Part shown: in pieces, positions 38,238-48,092 of the stretch | Layout of the letters: each line of letters opens with the position of its first letter | How positions within the stretch are numbered: position 1 is the first letter of the stretch | IMG/VR virus record: IMGVR_UViG_2885972705_000001 | Coordinates: 7,679 to 71,678 of that record | Length of the DNA stretch: 64,000 nucleotides | Strand: one strand, 5' to 3' | DNA from: a virus | Lineage: Duplodnaviria; Caudoviricetes | Notes under the pieces: generated by a model | The model's input: the letters and a program-made list of their open reading frames with translations, nothing else | Told to the model about the DNA's origin: nothing | The model's database searches: none | Position numbers and translations under genes: made by a program

Positions 38238-38783
38238 TTACGCGGCAACCGTTTCGATTAACTCTTCAGCATCAAGCAGTTCTTGGGCTGCAGTCAGCGC
38301 CTCGTTTACCAAATCATCTAACCCCTTGCGAATCGACGAACGCCACCGATACCTGGTGGATTCCGGCTTGCCGTCATTGTCCCAATTCGTAATGTCGTAC
38401 CAGGCGGCCGGGAGCACTGCCGCAGAACGCTTACCCTCGGCACCGGCAACCTGCGGAATCGCCCAGGTCAGCACCGCACACTCGCGAAACCGTTTCGGCG
38501 CCGGCGACCTAACCGAATTCAGCAACTCCAGTATCGCGCCGTGCTTGCGTTCCTCGTGAGTGGAGTACTTCGCTACCAGGGCGCGCCAGTGCGCCGGGGT
38601 AAGCGCTTTGTGCAGCCGGCCAAAGACCCAGCAGTCCTGGAGCAGCGCCGCTTCCTTGCCAACGATCTCCCCCTTCTGCTTGGCGCACTGAACCTTGGGC
38701 TCGAAGTCGCAGCCGCCGGCGGAAGTGATTGTCTCGGCCGCCAGGGCTCGAACTACTGCTGAAACAACGTTGCGATAGGTCAT
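38238..38783 (-). CDS. Late antiterminator Q-like protein
   Basis: Last gene of the nin region before late genes; C-terminal ESTRYRWR helix. Confidence 0.6.
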   Translation of the reverse strand: MTYRNVVSAVVRALAAETITSAGGCDFEPKVQCAKQKGEIVGKEAALLQDCWVFGRLHKALTPAHWRALVAKYSTHEERKHGAILELLNSVRSPAPKRFRECAVLTWAIPQVAGAEGKRSAAVLPAAWYDITNWDNDGKPESTRYRWRSSIRKGLDDLVNEALTAAQELLDAEELIETVAA

Positions 38784-39394
38784 GCGGCTTCCCCTTTCTT
38801 CAGTTCTTTGGTCTTTGCCCGGTATTCCGCGGTCATCGTCTTCAACTCATCCACGGTGTACTTCTTGGCCTCATGAGGGCCTTCCAGCCACTCAACCGCT
38901 TCGGCGCCGATACGCTTCACCAACTCAATGCGGTAATTCACGATGTTCCCGGAGAGCCGGGTATTGCACGGTGAACATTGGCGGTGGCAGTTCAGCGGCT
39001 CGAAGCGAAGTGCGGGATTGCTACCCACCGTGCGGTAATGGCCGGCGTCATACTTACCCTGGTGGTGGCGGCTGCAGCTGACGCACGGAAGCTCCGCGTC
39101 ACGGGCACGAACCCAAGTATTGAACGCCTGCTGGGTGTCCTTCATGTGATCTGCCCTGCTCTTCAGCTTCTCCTTGCGGACCTTGATGTCCCGGCGACCA
39201 ACATCAGCCAGGGCTCTCTTGGCGCTCGCCTGCCCCTTCTCCGACCTGCCGTAAGCAATGGCGCACTCGATCTCGCCGCACACCACCTGCGAGCCGCGTG
39301 CAGGCGTGAACATCACTCGGCACTCTGGGCAGCGCTTGCGGCGTGGCCCACCGGACGTGAGTGGGGTTTTGCGTTGTAATGGGGTGCGCTTCAT
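38780..39394 (-). CDS. ninG: NinG/Rap-like endonuclease
   Basis: FNTWVRARD, CVSC, DAGHYRTVG, LRF..LNCHRQC..CN. Confidence 0.9.
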   Translation of the reverse strand: MKRTPLQRKTPLTSGGPRRKRCPECRVMFTPARGSQVVCGEIECAIAYGRSEKGQASAKRALADVGRRDIKVRKEKLKSRADHMKDTQQAFNTWVRARDAELPCVSCSRHHQGKYDAGHYRTVGSNPALRFEPLNCHRQCSPCNTRLSGNIVNYRIELVKRIGAEAVEWLEGPHEAKKYTVDELKTMTAEYRAKTKELKKGEAA

Positions 39395-39906
39395 GCGGCC
39401 TCCTTGAATGCTTCGAACTCTGCCATTTCGGTCAGGCGCTCTTCCGTGAGCGTCGGCCAGTCATGCAGCACCAAGTACCCACAGCACTGGCGCCAGAAGT
39501 CTTGGAATGTCTCCTCCCCCATTGAGTCGTAGGAAAGGCTGCGGGGTGTCTTGCGGGTGAGCTGGCCCAGGCCCGGGATGTCGAACAACTCCTCGTCGCA
39601 GTACACGCCGGATTCCAGCTGCAGTGCCTTGATCGCGTCGTGGGACCGCTTGCCTGAAAACCGATCGATGTTTTGGCTCAGCACGCGGCCCAGGCCGTGG
39701 ACCAGACCGTTGAACCGTGGGTTGCGTGGCTGCTTGAGGTCGGCGCGGATCTTGGTGTTGATGCGGAAATCTCGCTCGCGGAGGATCGACCGGTCAGCAT
39801 CGGAGGAAGGCACGAATGCAGCCACCTCCTTACCGGTTGCTGGATCGACCAGACGGCGCAGCACGAGGTACACGGGCATTGGGCGAGGCTTGGCTGGCTT
39901 GGTCAT
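39391..39906 (-). CDS. Nin-region hypothetical protein
   Basis: KQPRNPRF, PRSLSYDSM. Confidence 0.65.
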   Translation of the reverse strand: MTKPAKPRPMPVYLVLRRLVDPATGKEVAAFVPSSDADRSILRERDFRINTKIRADLKQPRNPRFNGLVHGLGRVLSQNIDRFSGKRSHDAIKALQLESGVYCDEELFDIPGLGQLTRKTPRSLSYDSMGEETFQDFWRQCCGYLVLHDWPTLTEERLTEMAEFEAFKEAA

Positions 39907-40379
39907 GCTGCAACCCCCGCCAAAGGCTCGCCGCTGCGCCGAGCAGAAAGATGGCCGCGCAAGATAAAGGCGTCGACGACGAAGCCGCCAAGGTCGATCG
40001 CCAGCGGAATACCCTCGCCGCGCCCCCGCGCCACGTAATATTTACGCTCGTCGCGCCCTTGCACCGGGTCAAATACGAAGTAACCGCTGTCGGTGACTTC
40101 AATCAGGATCTGGTGGTTTCCGCCCTCGATGTTGAGCGACGGGGAGGTGCACAGATAAACGCCTTCATCGGCCAGCGGCGGGCAGTCCAGGCTGGAGAAA
40201 GCCGTGTATTCAATGCCAAGGCGCTCCAGCATTTGCCGCAAGGTGAGATCGCCGTCGCGATATGGCTGGTGCATTTCTTGGATGACATCCCGCGCCGAGC
40301 GCCCAACGATCATTGCGAGGCAGGTCGACACGCAGCTGTACGGGCACGGTTGCATCTGGTGAGTGATCATCGGGCTCAT
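39903..40379 (-). CDS. Papain-fold (C39-like) peptidase-like protein
   Basis: QPCPYSCVSTCLAM, GNHQILI, VFDP. Confidence 0.55.
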   Translation of the reverse strand: MSPMITHQMQPCPYSCVSTCLAMIVGRSARDVIQEMHQPYRDGDLTLRQMLERLGIEYTAFSSLDCPPLADEGVYLCTSPSLNIEGGNHQILIEVTDSGYFVFDPVQGRDERKYYVARGRGEGIPLAIDLGGFVVDAFILRGHLSARRSGEPLAGVAA

Positions 40380-40990
40380 TGCTGCTCTCCCTTGCCCATG
40401 GCGGCGCACTCTTCTTCCCACGGGAAAGCACTGTACGACTCAAAGTCAGTCTCCCAGTGAGCCGGCTCAGTCATGCCCACGTTGTCGTGATACGCCTGGT
40501 AGTGGGCACACCTGAAAACGTAAAGGCCTGAACCCTTCTCGAAATAGTCCTCCCGATATTCAAGGATCTCAGCCTGGATCAAGGCCAGCTGTTCGACGGT
40601 GATCTGGCCGGTGATAGCGCTGATGAAGGGGTCGTCGCCTTCGCTGTTAAAGACCTCGATCCAGACTGACTCTTCACCATTGCGCCATGCATTGGCGTCG
40701 TACTGGCACTGCTCAATATCGTCGCGCAGCGCCTCGTTCTCGGCCTTGAGCTGGTCGCGCTCGGCCAGCAGGTTTAACGCGGCTTCGACGGTGCCGCCAT
40801 GATGCTCCAGCAGGATCAGCTGCTTGTTTTCTGCGTTCAGGCGCTCGTTCTCGGTGATCAGGGAGGAAATCGTTTCAACCGTGCACACGTCGAAAAGTGC
40901 TTCGACGGCCTTGCGGAACTCATGCGGACCATCGCAATTTTCTGAGCGGCAGGCCTCAAGCAATGGTTTCAGGTCGGTGTAGTCGGTCAT
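40376..40990 (-). CDS. Ead/Ea22-like coiled-coil protein
   Basis: LITENERL, LLAERDQLKAENEALR. Confidence 0.55.
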   Translation of the reverse strand: MTDYTDLKPLLEACRSENCDGPHEFRKAVEALFDVCTVETISSLITENERLNAENKQLILLEHHGGTVEAALNLLAERDQLKAENEALRDDIEQCQYDANAWRNGEESVWIEVFNSEGDDPFISAITGQITVEQLALIQAEILEYREDYFEKGSGLYVFRCAHYQAYHDNVGMTEPAHWETDFESYSAFPWEEECAAMGKGEQQ

Positions 40991-40991
40991 T

Positions 40992-41798
40992 TCAAAAGCC
41001 CTCCTTTCCGCGCTGCGATTCCCACTCAAACGGGATGACGATCACCCCACCCTCCCGAAGCCGATCAATGCAGCGATCGCCGATAGCGTCCGGCAGCGCC
41101 TTTGCATCCAAGTTGGAAACGATCACCGTGGGGCGGATCTGCTCGTACCGACCGTTGATGATTGCGAACAGCGTGGTCAGCTCGAAGTCGCTGGGCTTTT
41201 CCTTGCTGACGCCGATCTCGTCTAGGACAAGCAGCGAGGGGCTGATCAGGCTGGCGAGGATTTGGCTTTCGCTCTGGTCGCTGGTGCGGTCGTAGGTCGC
41301 CCGGATGGCCTGCAGCACGGAACCGATGGTGCGGTACACAGCCGTGGCGCTGGACCTGGCCATTATCTCGTTGGCGATCGCCACGGACAGGTGCGTCTTG
41401 CCGGTACCGGGCTTGCCCAGTAGCAACAGGCAGCGACCGGTCTCGGCGATCTGCGCGAATTCAGCGGCATACCGGCGACAGGTGTTCAGTGTCTTGCGTT
41501 GTTCGGTAGTGATCGCGACGTAGCCGTCCAGGGTCTTGCTGGCGAAGCGCTTTGGGATCAGCGCGGCGCCGAGCTTGCGCTCCATCGCCATGCGCAGTTC
41601 CATCGCCTTGTTGGCCTGCTGCGCAGCGTCTGCCTTCTCCTGGATGATCCGGCTGCACTCAGGGCACCCGCTTTTCAACTCTCGGCCGAGCACAGGAAAA
41701 ACCTTCTGGTCGTAGTCGCCGTGAGTTTCGCAGTGAGCGGGCTGGATGCGAGCGCCCGGTGGCAGTTCGGGGATTTGCTGGGATGGCTCAGATCGCAT
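40992..41798 (-). CDS. DnaC/IstB-like helicase loader ATPase
   Basis: GKPGTGKT, LLVLDEIG, IINGRY, DRLRE. Confidence 0.9.
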   Translation of the reverse strand: MRSEPSQQIPELPPGARIQPAHCETHGDYDQKVFPVLGRELKSGCPECSRIIQEKADAAQQANKAMELRMAMERKLGAALIPKRFASKTLDGYVAITTEQRKTLNTCRRYAAEFAQIAETGRCLLLLGKPGTGKTHLSVAIANEIMARSSATAVYRTIGSVLQAIRATYDRTSDQSESQILASLISPSLLVLDEIGVSKEKPSDFELTTLFAIINGRYEQIRPTVIVSNLDAKALPDAIGDRCIDRLREGGVIVIPFEWESQRGKEGF

Positions 41799-42633
41799 AG
41801 GAACCGTCCTCACGCTGAATCAGCCCATCTGTGTAGTTGCGCTCGGCAAAGCCTGTGTGACGCGATTGGGGCGCTGGCGCCGGCGCAGATTCCGCTAGGC
41901 GCTTGATCACCCAGGACGCCTTGAAACCCTGCCAGCCAGAATTCAGCGCCTCGGTGATTGCCTCTTCGGCGGTGATGCCAGCCTCGGCGCACTTGGCCAG
42001 CTCGGTGTTCACGGTTGACCAGACGGTGGCGGTCACGGCGGCGCGTTTGGCTTTGCGCTGGGTGAGCCAGTCTGCCAAAAGCTGCTCGGGGACGTTGTGC
42101 GGGTTGTCGGCCAGCAGCTGAGACATGCCGAACGGCGCCTTGCGATCAGGCTTCGCCGGTTCGGTTTTTGGTTGGGGCGGATTAATCTCTTTCGTAGAAA
42201 GAGTTAATAGGGGTTCTTTCTTTGCATAAAGAAGGGAGTCGTCGGTTTTGGTCTGTTTCGCGGCTGTGCCGATTCGGACCACTTGAGCCGAATCAGACGA
42301 TATGGTCTGTTTCGGCTCTACTACAAAGATCCACTCTTTTGGATCGCAAACTCCGATGTCACCGCGTGCGCCACCCTCTCGGTAGAGTACGCGACGGCGT
42401 AACAGGCCGGAGATGGCCTTCGACACCGTGTCGGGATGAATGTGGGTTGCCTTGGCGATATCAACCGCCGGGATGCGATGGGCACCCGTGCTGAAGTTCA
42501 AGGTGGCCTTGGCCACGTACAAAACGATCTTCATCTCGCGCGCCGACAAATCGATGGCCATCAGGCCATCCATCATTTGGTTATCCATTCGGGTAAACCC
42601 CCGAGGGTTGTGTATCGGAACAATGTTTGGCAT
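41788..42633 (-). CDS. Replication initiator (lambda O-like)
   Basis: GFTRMDN...DLSAREMKI N-terminal domain; GWQGF. Confidence 0.85.
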   Translation of the reverse strand: MPNIVPIHNPRGFTRMDNQMMDGLMAIDLSAREMKIVLYVAKATLNFSTGAHRIPAVDIAKATHIHPDTVSKAISGLLRRRVLYREGGARGDIGVCDPKEWIFVVEPKQTISSDSAQVVRIGTAAKQTKTDDSLLYAKKEPLLTLSTKEINPPQPKTEPAKPDRKAPFGMSQLLADNPHNVPEQLLADWLTQRKAKRAAVTATVWSTVNTELAKCAEAGITAEEAITEALNSGWQGFKASWVIKRLAESAPAPAPQSRHTGFAERNYTDGLIQREDGSYAI

Positions 42634-42698
42634 GATTTCTCTCGCTTAAAGCTGTTAAAGAAGCCGACCTCGACCGTCGGCTTTTTTGTGCCTGGAAT

Positions 42699-43313
42699 TC
42701 AGGCGATGGATTTCAATGGCCTCGCCCCGGCGAGCAACTGCTCCGCACGACGCCCCAGCTCCCCCGCCTTCGCTTCAACCTGGCGGCACTGCTTGGCGAA
42801 CGCTGGCAAGTGCGGCAGATCCAGTTCGCACATCACCTGGTCATCGAACACTTCGCTGCCGGTGTCGATCACATCGCCCAGCGCGCGGATCAGCGCACCG
42901 AAGCTTTTGTTCGCACATTGGTCGCTGGTCATCTGGCGGGCTCCGATCAAGCCGTGGCGGCAAGCCAGCTCGTTCAGGCAGTGATCACGGTATTCAGGCT
43001 CAAGGGCGTTGACCCACGACTCTTCCAGCCAGGACGGCATTTCTTGATCGCCGTTCAGCCACCGCTGTACACGCTTTAGCCAACGGCCGGTAGCCTTCAC
43101 AAACTCACTCACGTCGCCAGTTAGTTCGGGTGAATTGAAATCAGGAACTACCTTTTCCTTGGCTCGATCAGGGATCGACAGGTGCAGCTCACGGCTCAAG
43201 GCCTGGGCGAAATCGTCCTGGCTCAAGCTGGTGCGTGCGATCTGGTTTGCAGCATGGGCGACCAGCACCTGATCACGGGTTTGTACGGTGTGTCTGGAAC
43301 TGGACGTTTGCAT
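42699..43313 (-). CDS. CII-like regulator
   Basis: Located between cro and O; RVQRWLNG...WVNAL. Confidence 0.55.
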   Translation of the reverse strand: MQTSSSRHTVQTRDQVLVAHAANQIARTSLSQDDFAQALSRELHLSIPDRAKEKVVPDFNSPELTGDVSEFVKATGRWLKRVQRWLNGDQEMPSWLEESWVNALEPEYRDHCLNELACRHGLIGARQMTSDQCANKSFGALIRALGDVIDTGSEVFDDQVMCELDLPHLPAFAKQCRQVEAKAGELGRRAEQLLAGARPLKSIA

Positions 43314-43363
43314 GGGGACTGCTCTCTTCTAATCTGGCTTCAATGGAACAGCGGACATGAATA

Positions 43364-43543
43364 TCAAGCGGCCTGGATCTTCTTTGCCGCCTTGAACTTG
43401 CCCTTGGAGAGGACCTGAATCTGGTACTGCCGGGATTCAGGGATCGTTTCTCCCCACATGGTCACGGCGCTCGGACGAATGCCCAGAGCCAGTGCCAGCT
43501 TTGTCTTACTACCGAAGAATTCGGCGACTTCATCAGTCTTCAT
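43364..43543 (-). CDS. cro: Cro repressor (59 aa)
   Basis: Manual translation MKTDEVAEFFGSKTKLALALGIRPSAVTMWGETIPESRQYQIQVLSKGKFKA. Confidence 0.88.
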   Translation of the reverse strand: MKTDEVAEFFGSKTKLALALGIRPSAVTMWGETIPESRQYQIQVLSKGKFKAAKKIQAA

Positions 43544-43572
43544 TGCGCATCCTCGTTCGATTCTGACGCAAT

Positions 43573-43642
43573 TTCAGCATGCTTAATTTATCGCGTCAAC
43601 GGCGTTTTATGCCTACTGCATACTTAAATTCAGTTAACTTAA
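43573..43642. promoter_or_regulatory. OR operators
   Basis: TTCAGCATGCTTAA (43573) and TTCAGTTAACTTAA (43629) between cro and cI. Confidence 0.75.
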
Positions 43643-43652
43643 TATTGAGTCC

Positions 43653-44309
43653 ATGGAAAGACACGAACGTATTGCCCGCGCTATCAAGCTCAGCGGTAAA
43701 AAAAAGGGAGAAATTGCGACGCTTTGCGGCGTAGCGAACTCTGCTGTCACTCAATGGATTTCTGGCGAGAGCAAAAGCCTCCGTCCGGAGAATCTTTACG
43801 CGCTCGCTAAGGCGACCGGATTCCGAGCGGAGTGGCTCGGCATTGGCGAAGGCCCGGAACAAGACGCATCGGAGTCCAACGTTTCAATTGCTGCGCAGCC
43901 TTCGCAAAGCTTTCGCTACCCGGTAATCAGTTGGGTGTCTGCTGGCTCCTGGGCGGAAGCAGTTGAGCCCTACCCTGCCGGGATCTCGGATCGTTACGAG
44001 TTTTCCGAGTACAACTCGAAAGGCCCTGCGTTCTGGCTTGAGGTGAAGGGCGACTCGATGACCTCTCCGGTCGGCACGAGCATCGCCCAGGGATCACTGA
44101 TCCTGGTAGACACCGAAGTCGAAGCAACGCCGGGCAGGCTTGTCGTGGCCAAGCTTCCTGACAGCAACGAGGCAACCTTTAAGAAGCTGGTCAGTGATGG
44201 CGGGAGGCTTTACCTGAAACCCCTGAACCCTGGCTACCCAACTGAAGTTTTTGACGAGAACTGCCGGATCGTCGGTGTTGTTGTTCAGGCTACGCAGAAG
44301 TTTCTCTGA
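43653..44309 (+). CDS. cI: CI repressor (HTH + S24 autopeptidase)
   Basis: SAVTQWISG HTH, VSAG cleavage site, KGDSM, ATFKKL. Confidence 0.93.
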   Translation: MERHERIARAIKLSGKKKGEIATLCGVANSAVTQWISGESKSLRPENLYALAKATGFRAEWLGIGEGPEQDASESNVSIAAQPSQSFRYPVISWVSAGSWAEAVEPYPAGISDRYEFSEYNSKGPAFWLEVKGDSMTSPVGTSIAQGSLILVDTEVEATPGRLVVAKLPDSNEATFKKLVSDGGRLYLKPLNPGYPTEVFDENCRIVGVVVQATQKFL

Positions 44310-44548
44310 TGCCCTCCGCTCTTGGAAAACCATCGACCTCATGGCGAGAGGAAAGCTTCTGGAGCAAGGTCTGGCTCTGGGCCTGGCTGGCGCTCATGGT
44401 GGTTTTCACAACCGAAGCTGGCATTTGGCCGGACGGCAGCTCATCCAACCGCAAGCGAGTCTTCAGCCCTGGCTTCGTTGTGCTCTGCGCCATCGTCGCT
44501 GTAGTTGAGCTGATAGCGCTGAACCACTTCTATGGTGCGCGCGGATGA
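44309..44548 (+). CDS. Small membrane protein coupled to cI
   Basis: Two hydrophobic segments; TGATG overlap with cI. Confidence 0.55.
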   Translation: MPSALGKPSTSWREESFWSKVWLWAWLALMVVFTTEAGIWPDGSSSNRKRVFSPGFVVLCAIVAVVELIALNHFYGARG

Positions 44549-44657
44549 GGTGAAGGCAGGAAAGATTACGAAGTCGAAATAACAAACTTTTATGTAGGCC
44601 AAAATAACAACCGCAATTGTGTTTTGCTGGTATCGCGAGATTTAGGGAGTTCAATTG

Positions 44658-45551
44658 GTGAAACAGGAAAAACAAAAGCGCTACATATTTGATTTCTATT
44701 CGATAACATCAGTCCAGCAAGACCTCTTCGCCATGACCACAGAAGCCGCATTTGAGAAGATAATAAACGGGGATCACCCTAAAAGCTATGCGAGCTATGG
44801 GTGTATACGAGAAATTTTCGGCCTGAACTACCGTAGCAGTACCAATTCATACGCGGGCCAAATCCGTAAAATACGGAAAGCAGATCTTCCAGAGATTGGA
44901 GCATTGGGGAAGGATGGAAAAAAGATTGAGTTGGAAATGGACGAAGGCGTTATTGAAAAGAATTTTTTCGTTTACTACAAAGAAAATTCCTTACTAGTTA
45001 TACACAGGAATGATGACGGTAACACTGGCTTGCATCTTGCCCAACTGCTGACGGCTAGTGCTGGCGTGAATTTTTTTTCCAGCCCAATCATAAGGCCGGA
45101 CCAAGCAGAGATGCTCCTTAATAAAAAACTGAGCATAAAAAAGTTCTCCGTAAAAATCCCCAAACCAACTAACCCTGATTTGTATCCACAAGATAACTTG
45201 AGCGCCAGAACTTTAGAACTATTAAACCAATCAGGTGCTGATTTTCTCGACGTAACCTTCACAATTGATAACAAACTCGATACAAGCTCAGGAAAGCTGA
45301 GTAGTGCCATACAGAGTTCAATTGGCCACCTTTTAACAATGGGTGCTACTAAAGCAAAAATTGAAACTGATGAAAATGGCAAAATACTACCTATAGACTT
45401 AATCGCCAATAGGATATACTCATCTCAGACCATTAGATCCAACTCATCTTTTCCGCCTCCTGAAAGCATGTATAAACTTGCTGACAAGGCAAAGGAAGAA
45501 CAGAGAGAATCAGTAGATGAATATTTCGGCAAAACTGACAGAATTATTTAA
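44658..45551 (+). CDS. AT-rich soluble protein (DUF6731-like), candidate exclusion/defence component
   Basis: About 297 aa, low GC, downstream of cI, overlaps a membrane gene. Confidence 0.6.
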   Translation: MKQEKQKRYIFDFYSITSVQQDLFAMTTEAAFEKIINGDHPKSYASYGCIREIFGLNYRSSTNSYAGQIRKIRKADLPEIGALGKDGKKIELEMDEGVIEKNFFVYYKENSLLVIHRNDDGNTGLHLAQLLTASAGVNFFSSPIIRPDQAEMLLNKKLSIKKFSVKIPKPTNPDLYPQDNLSARTLELLNQSGADFLDVTFTIDNKLDTSSGKLSSAIQSSIGHLLTMGATKAKIETDENGKILPIDLIANRIYSSQTIRSNSSFPPPESMYKLADKAKEEQRESVDEYFGKTDRII

Positions 45552-45954
45552 ACTATCCACTGCGATATTCATGACGTGGATGTTTCACAAGTATAACTTC
45601 CGCTTCCAGCCTGGCGAAATCTCTACGCTTGCCGGCGTCCTTGCTGGCGCTTCTGGAACGATACTCGGGTTCCTGATCACTGCAATCGCATTGATGGCAT
45701 CAGTGATGGATCGGGATCTTTTGAAAAACCTCAGGGCGACCGGGGGATATCGGATACTCATCTCCGGAAGCTTTGTATGTGCATTCCTTTTTTTGCTGCT
45801 CCTTGCGTCATCAATATGTCTATTACTTCCATGGGCAGGAGAAAAGCAGCTTCTCCTGCTCCTGAACATATTCATAGGGTCTCTGGCGGCAATACAGCTT
45901 GCCGGCACTGGGCTGGGTTTCTACCGAATTATTATGTCGATTAGCAGAGGCTGA
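45517..45954 (+). CDS. Four-TM membrane protein
   Basis: Four hydrophobic helices; SGTILGFLITAIAL. Confidence 0.7.
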   Translation: MNISAKLTELFKLSTAIFMTWMFHKYNFRFQPGEISTLAGVLAGASGTILGFLITAIALMASVMDRDLLKNLRATGGYRILISGSFVCAFLFLLLLASSICLLLPWAGEKQLLLLLNIFIGSLAAIQLAGTGLGFYRIIMSISRG

Positions 45955-46072
45955 GCGCGAATGCGCTGACTCTTCAGCTTGTCATACCCAGCCCAGCGCC
46001 GGGCTTCTCGTTCCTAGTGATCCCCTACCCTGCTATGGTGGCGCCCTCTGATCGCAATGGAAGCATCGAAGA

Positions 46073-46399
46073 ATGGACTCATGGAAGGCTCTGGCCATCG
46101 CCCTACTGGCATCGGTCAGCACACAGGCCGTATCAGGTGATGGTGCCAACCCTATCGCTGCCGCGATATTCATCACAATTTCCTCGCCGACCATTTTAAT
46201 TGGCGCGACCACATCTCTCACGACCGATCCGCCAAAGATTTTCAAGTCAGCCAAAAATGACGCCTTGGCGTTCATTGGTTCGGACGGAGAGATACGGGGT
46301 GCTGAGTTTGAACAGGCGTCCAGATACTATCGTTCGGCCTACAAATCACCTCATATGTCTGACATGCGACTGGCCCAGGCGATAGCGACCTCGTTTTGA
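46073..46399 (+). CDS. DUF2388-like exported protein
   Basis: AKNDALAFIGSDGEIRGAEFEQA, SDMRLAQAI. Confidence 0.8.
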   Translation: MDSWKALAIALLASVSTQAVSGDGANPIAAAIFITISSPTILIGATTSLTTDPPKIFKSAKNDALAFIGSDGEIRGAEFEQASRYYRSAYKSPHMSDMRLAQAIATSF

Positions 46400-46491
46400 T
46401 GCCCGCTTAAGACGGACTTTCGCCTTCTCCCAGCAGGAACGCACTCTGCTATGGTAGCGGCCCTCTCTGATCGGAATGGAAGCATCGCAGC

Positions 46492-46815
46492 ATGGACTCA
46501 TGGAAGATTGTAGCCGCAGCCCTCATGGTATCGATCAACGCTCATGCCTCTGAGGGGTCCGACGACTCCTATAACAACTCGATGCTGTCTGTACTGATGG
46601 CTCCAAGCTACACCGTTGCAGGAACTACCGGGCTCACCATGCTCGCTACTAATAACTTCAAGCCTGCAAAGGCTGACGCGCTCGCCTTTATTGGCTCAAA
46701 CGGTGAAATACGCGGTGCCCAATTTGAACAGGCGGTGCGCTTCTACCGTACGACCTATGCACCACCGTTGATGAATGATCAGCAGCTCGCCCAGGCAATC
46801 GTAAGTACGTTTTGA
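46492..46815 (+). CDS. DUF2388-like exported protein (second copy)
   Basis: AKADALAFIGSNGEIRGAQFEQA. Confidence 0.8.
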   Translation: MDSWKIVAAALMVSINAHASEGSDDSYNNSMLSVLMAPSYTVAGTTGLTMLATNNFKPAKADALAFIGSNGEIRGAQFEQAVRFYRTTYAPPLMNDQQLAQAIVSTF

Positions 46816-46931
46816 GATCGACACCGAATGCCTACCCCTAGCGCTAGACAGGATCAGAAGAACAGCCACTACACAAACCAAATGGAGCGTGGTATCAATT
46901 AGCTATCGCGAAGTTTCACGGGGAGGCTGCG

Positions 46932-47228
46932 ATGAAGGTCTTTGGATTAGCACTGCTCGCACCAACCTGCCTGATCAGCTTCTTCATCAGCAGCGGCGAC
47001 AATGGAGTCGCTCTTGCAGCTGATCTTATGTTCTACATCAGCGCCGTAGCCCTTTACCTATTCCCCTCAATTTATACCGCCCTAGTCGAACCAGTTCCGC
47101 CCCGTCGAATTTTTCTAATCAACCTACTGACCGGATGGACACTGATCGGCTGGTGTGTGGCTTACTACTTAGCTTTGTGCGATCCACAGAACCAGCAAGT
47201 CGAGGATAGTCGACACGAAAAGGTGTAA
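46932..47228 (+). CDS. Superinfection immunity protein (T4 Imm-like)
   Basis: LYLFPSI...IFLINLLTGWTLIGWCVA. Confidence 0.75.
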   Translation: MKVFGLALLAPTCLISFFISSGDNGVALAADLMFYISAVALYLFPSIYTALVEPVPPRRIFLINLLTGWTLIGWCVAYYLALCDPQNQQVEDSRHEKV

Positions 47229-47509
47229 GCGCAGAAGGATCATCAGATCACTTCCGAATATTAATAACGGCCAGCCCATGAGCAAACCTCTTCTACCTGG
47301 CCTTTCACGACCTTTTCACAGTCGGGCGCCTATGGTTATCCCAGCTCCTAATGAAACCCTTTAAGCCCGCCAATCCCCATCGCGGGCTTTTCTTTTCCTG
47401 CGATTTGGAGGGCTGACACTCGCCCTCCCCGGCTTACCCTACGACCGCTATACACGCCCACCGTCAAAATGACACGATAACGCCTCGCCTCCGTGAGTAG
47501 GAATACAGG

Positions 47510-47944
47510 ATGTTCAGTCACGTAACCGTTGGGACAAACGATCTTGATAAGGCCGCTACCTTTTATGACGCGGTTCTGATCCCTCTGGGGCTCTGCCGTC
47601 GACCTGTAACGCCCGATGGCGGACCACCTTCGGCATGCTGGGTGAGCCCCGACAGACCTCTGCCCCGCTTCTATGTTTACTGCCCTTACGATCTCAAAGA
47701 GGCGATCGCGGGAAATGGCAGCATGGTGGCTTTCTCCGCGCCACATACAGATTCTGTCGATGCAGCCTATGCCGCAGGTCTTCGTGCTGGCGGTGTAGAT
47801 GCTGGTGAACCAGGGCCGCGCCAGCATTATGGGGACGGCTATTATGGCGCGTACCTACGTGACCCGGATGGCAATAAAGTGCACATAGTCCATCGTGGCG
47901 ATTTGCGCTTGCCTGCTGAAACTCGACTGTCAGTGCTCGCTTAA
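47510..47944 (+). CDS. VOC/glyoxalase family protein
   Basis: MFSHVTVGTNDL, GNGSMVAF, YYGAYLRDPDGNK. Confidence 0.88.
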   Translation: MFSHVTVGTNDLDKAATFYDAVLIPLGLCRRPVTPDGGPPSACWVSPDRPLPRFYVYCPYDLKEAIAGNGSMVAFSAPHTDSVDAAYAAGLRAGGVDAGEPGPRQHYGDGYYGAYLRDPDGNKVHIVHRGDLRLPAETRLSVLA

Positions 47945-48057
47945 AGCCCGCCACGCGCGGGCTATTTTGTGCCCGCGAGAAGGTAACCTTCTCAGCTTCT
48001 ATGCATTTGCGCATGAAAAAGCAAATCGGAGCTTGCCAATATATAGCAACACAAATA

Positions 48058-48073
48058 CTGTACATGCATCCAG
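48058..48073. promoter_or_regulatory. LexA (SOS) box
   Basis: CTGTACATGCATCCAG (CTG-N10-CAG) just upstream of 48093. Confidence 0.7.
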
Positions 48074-48092
48074 CTAAGGTAAGGAGTACCAC

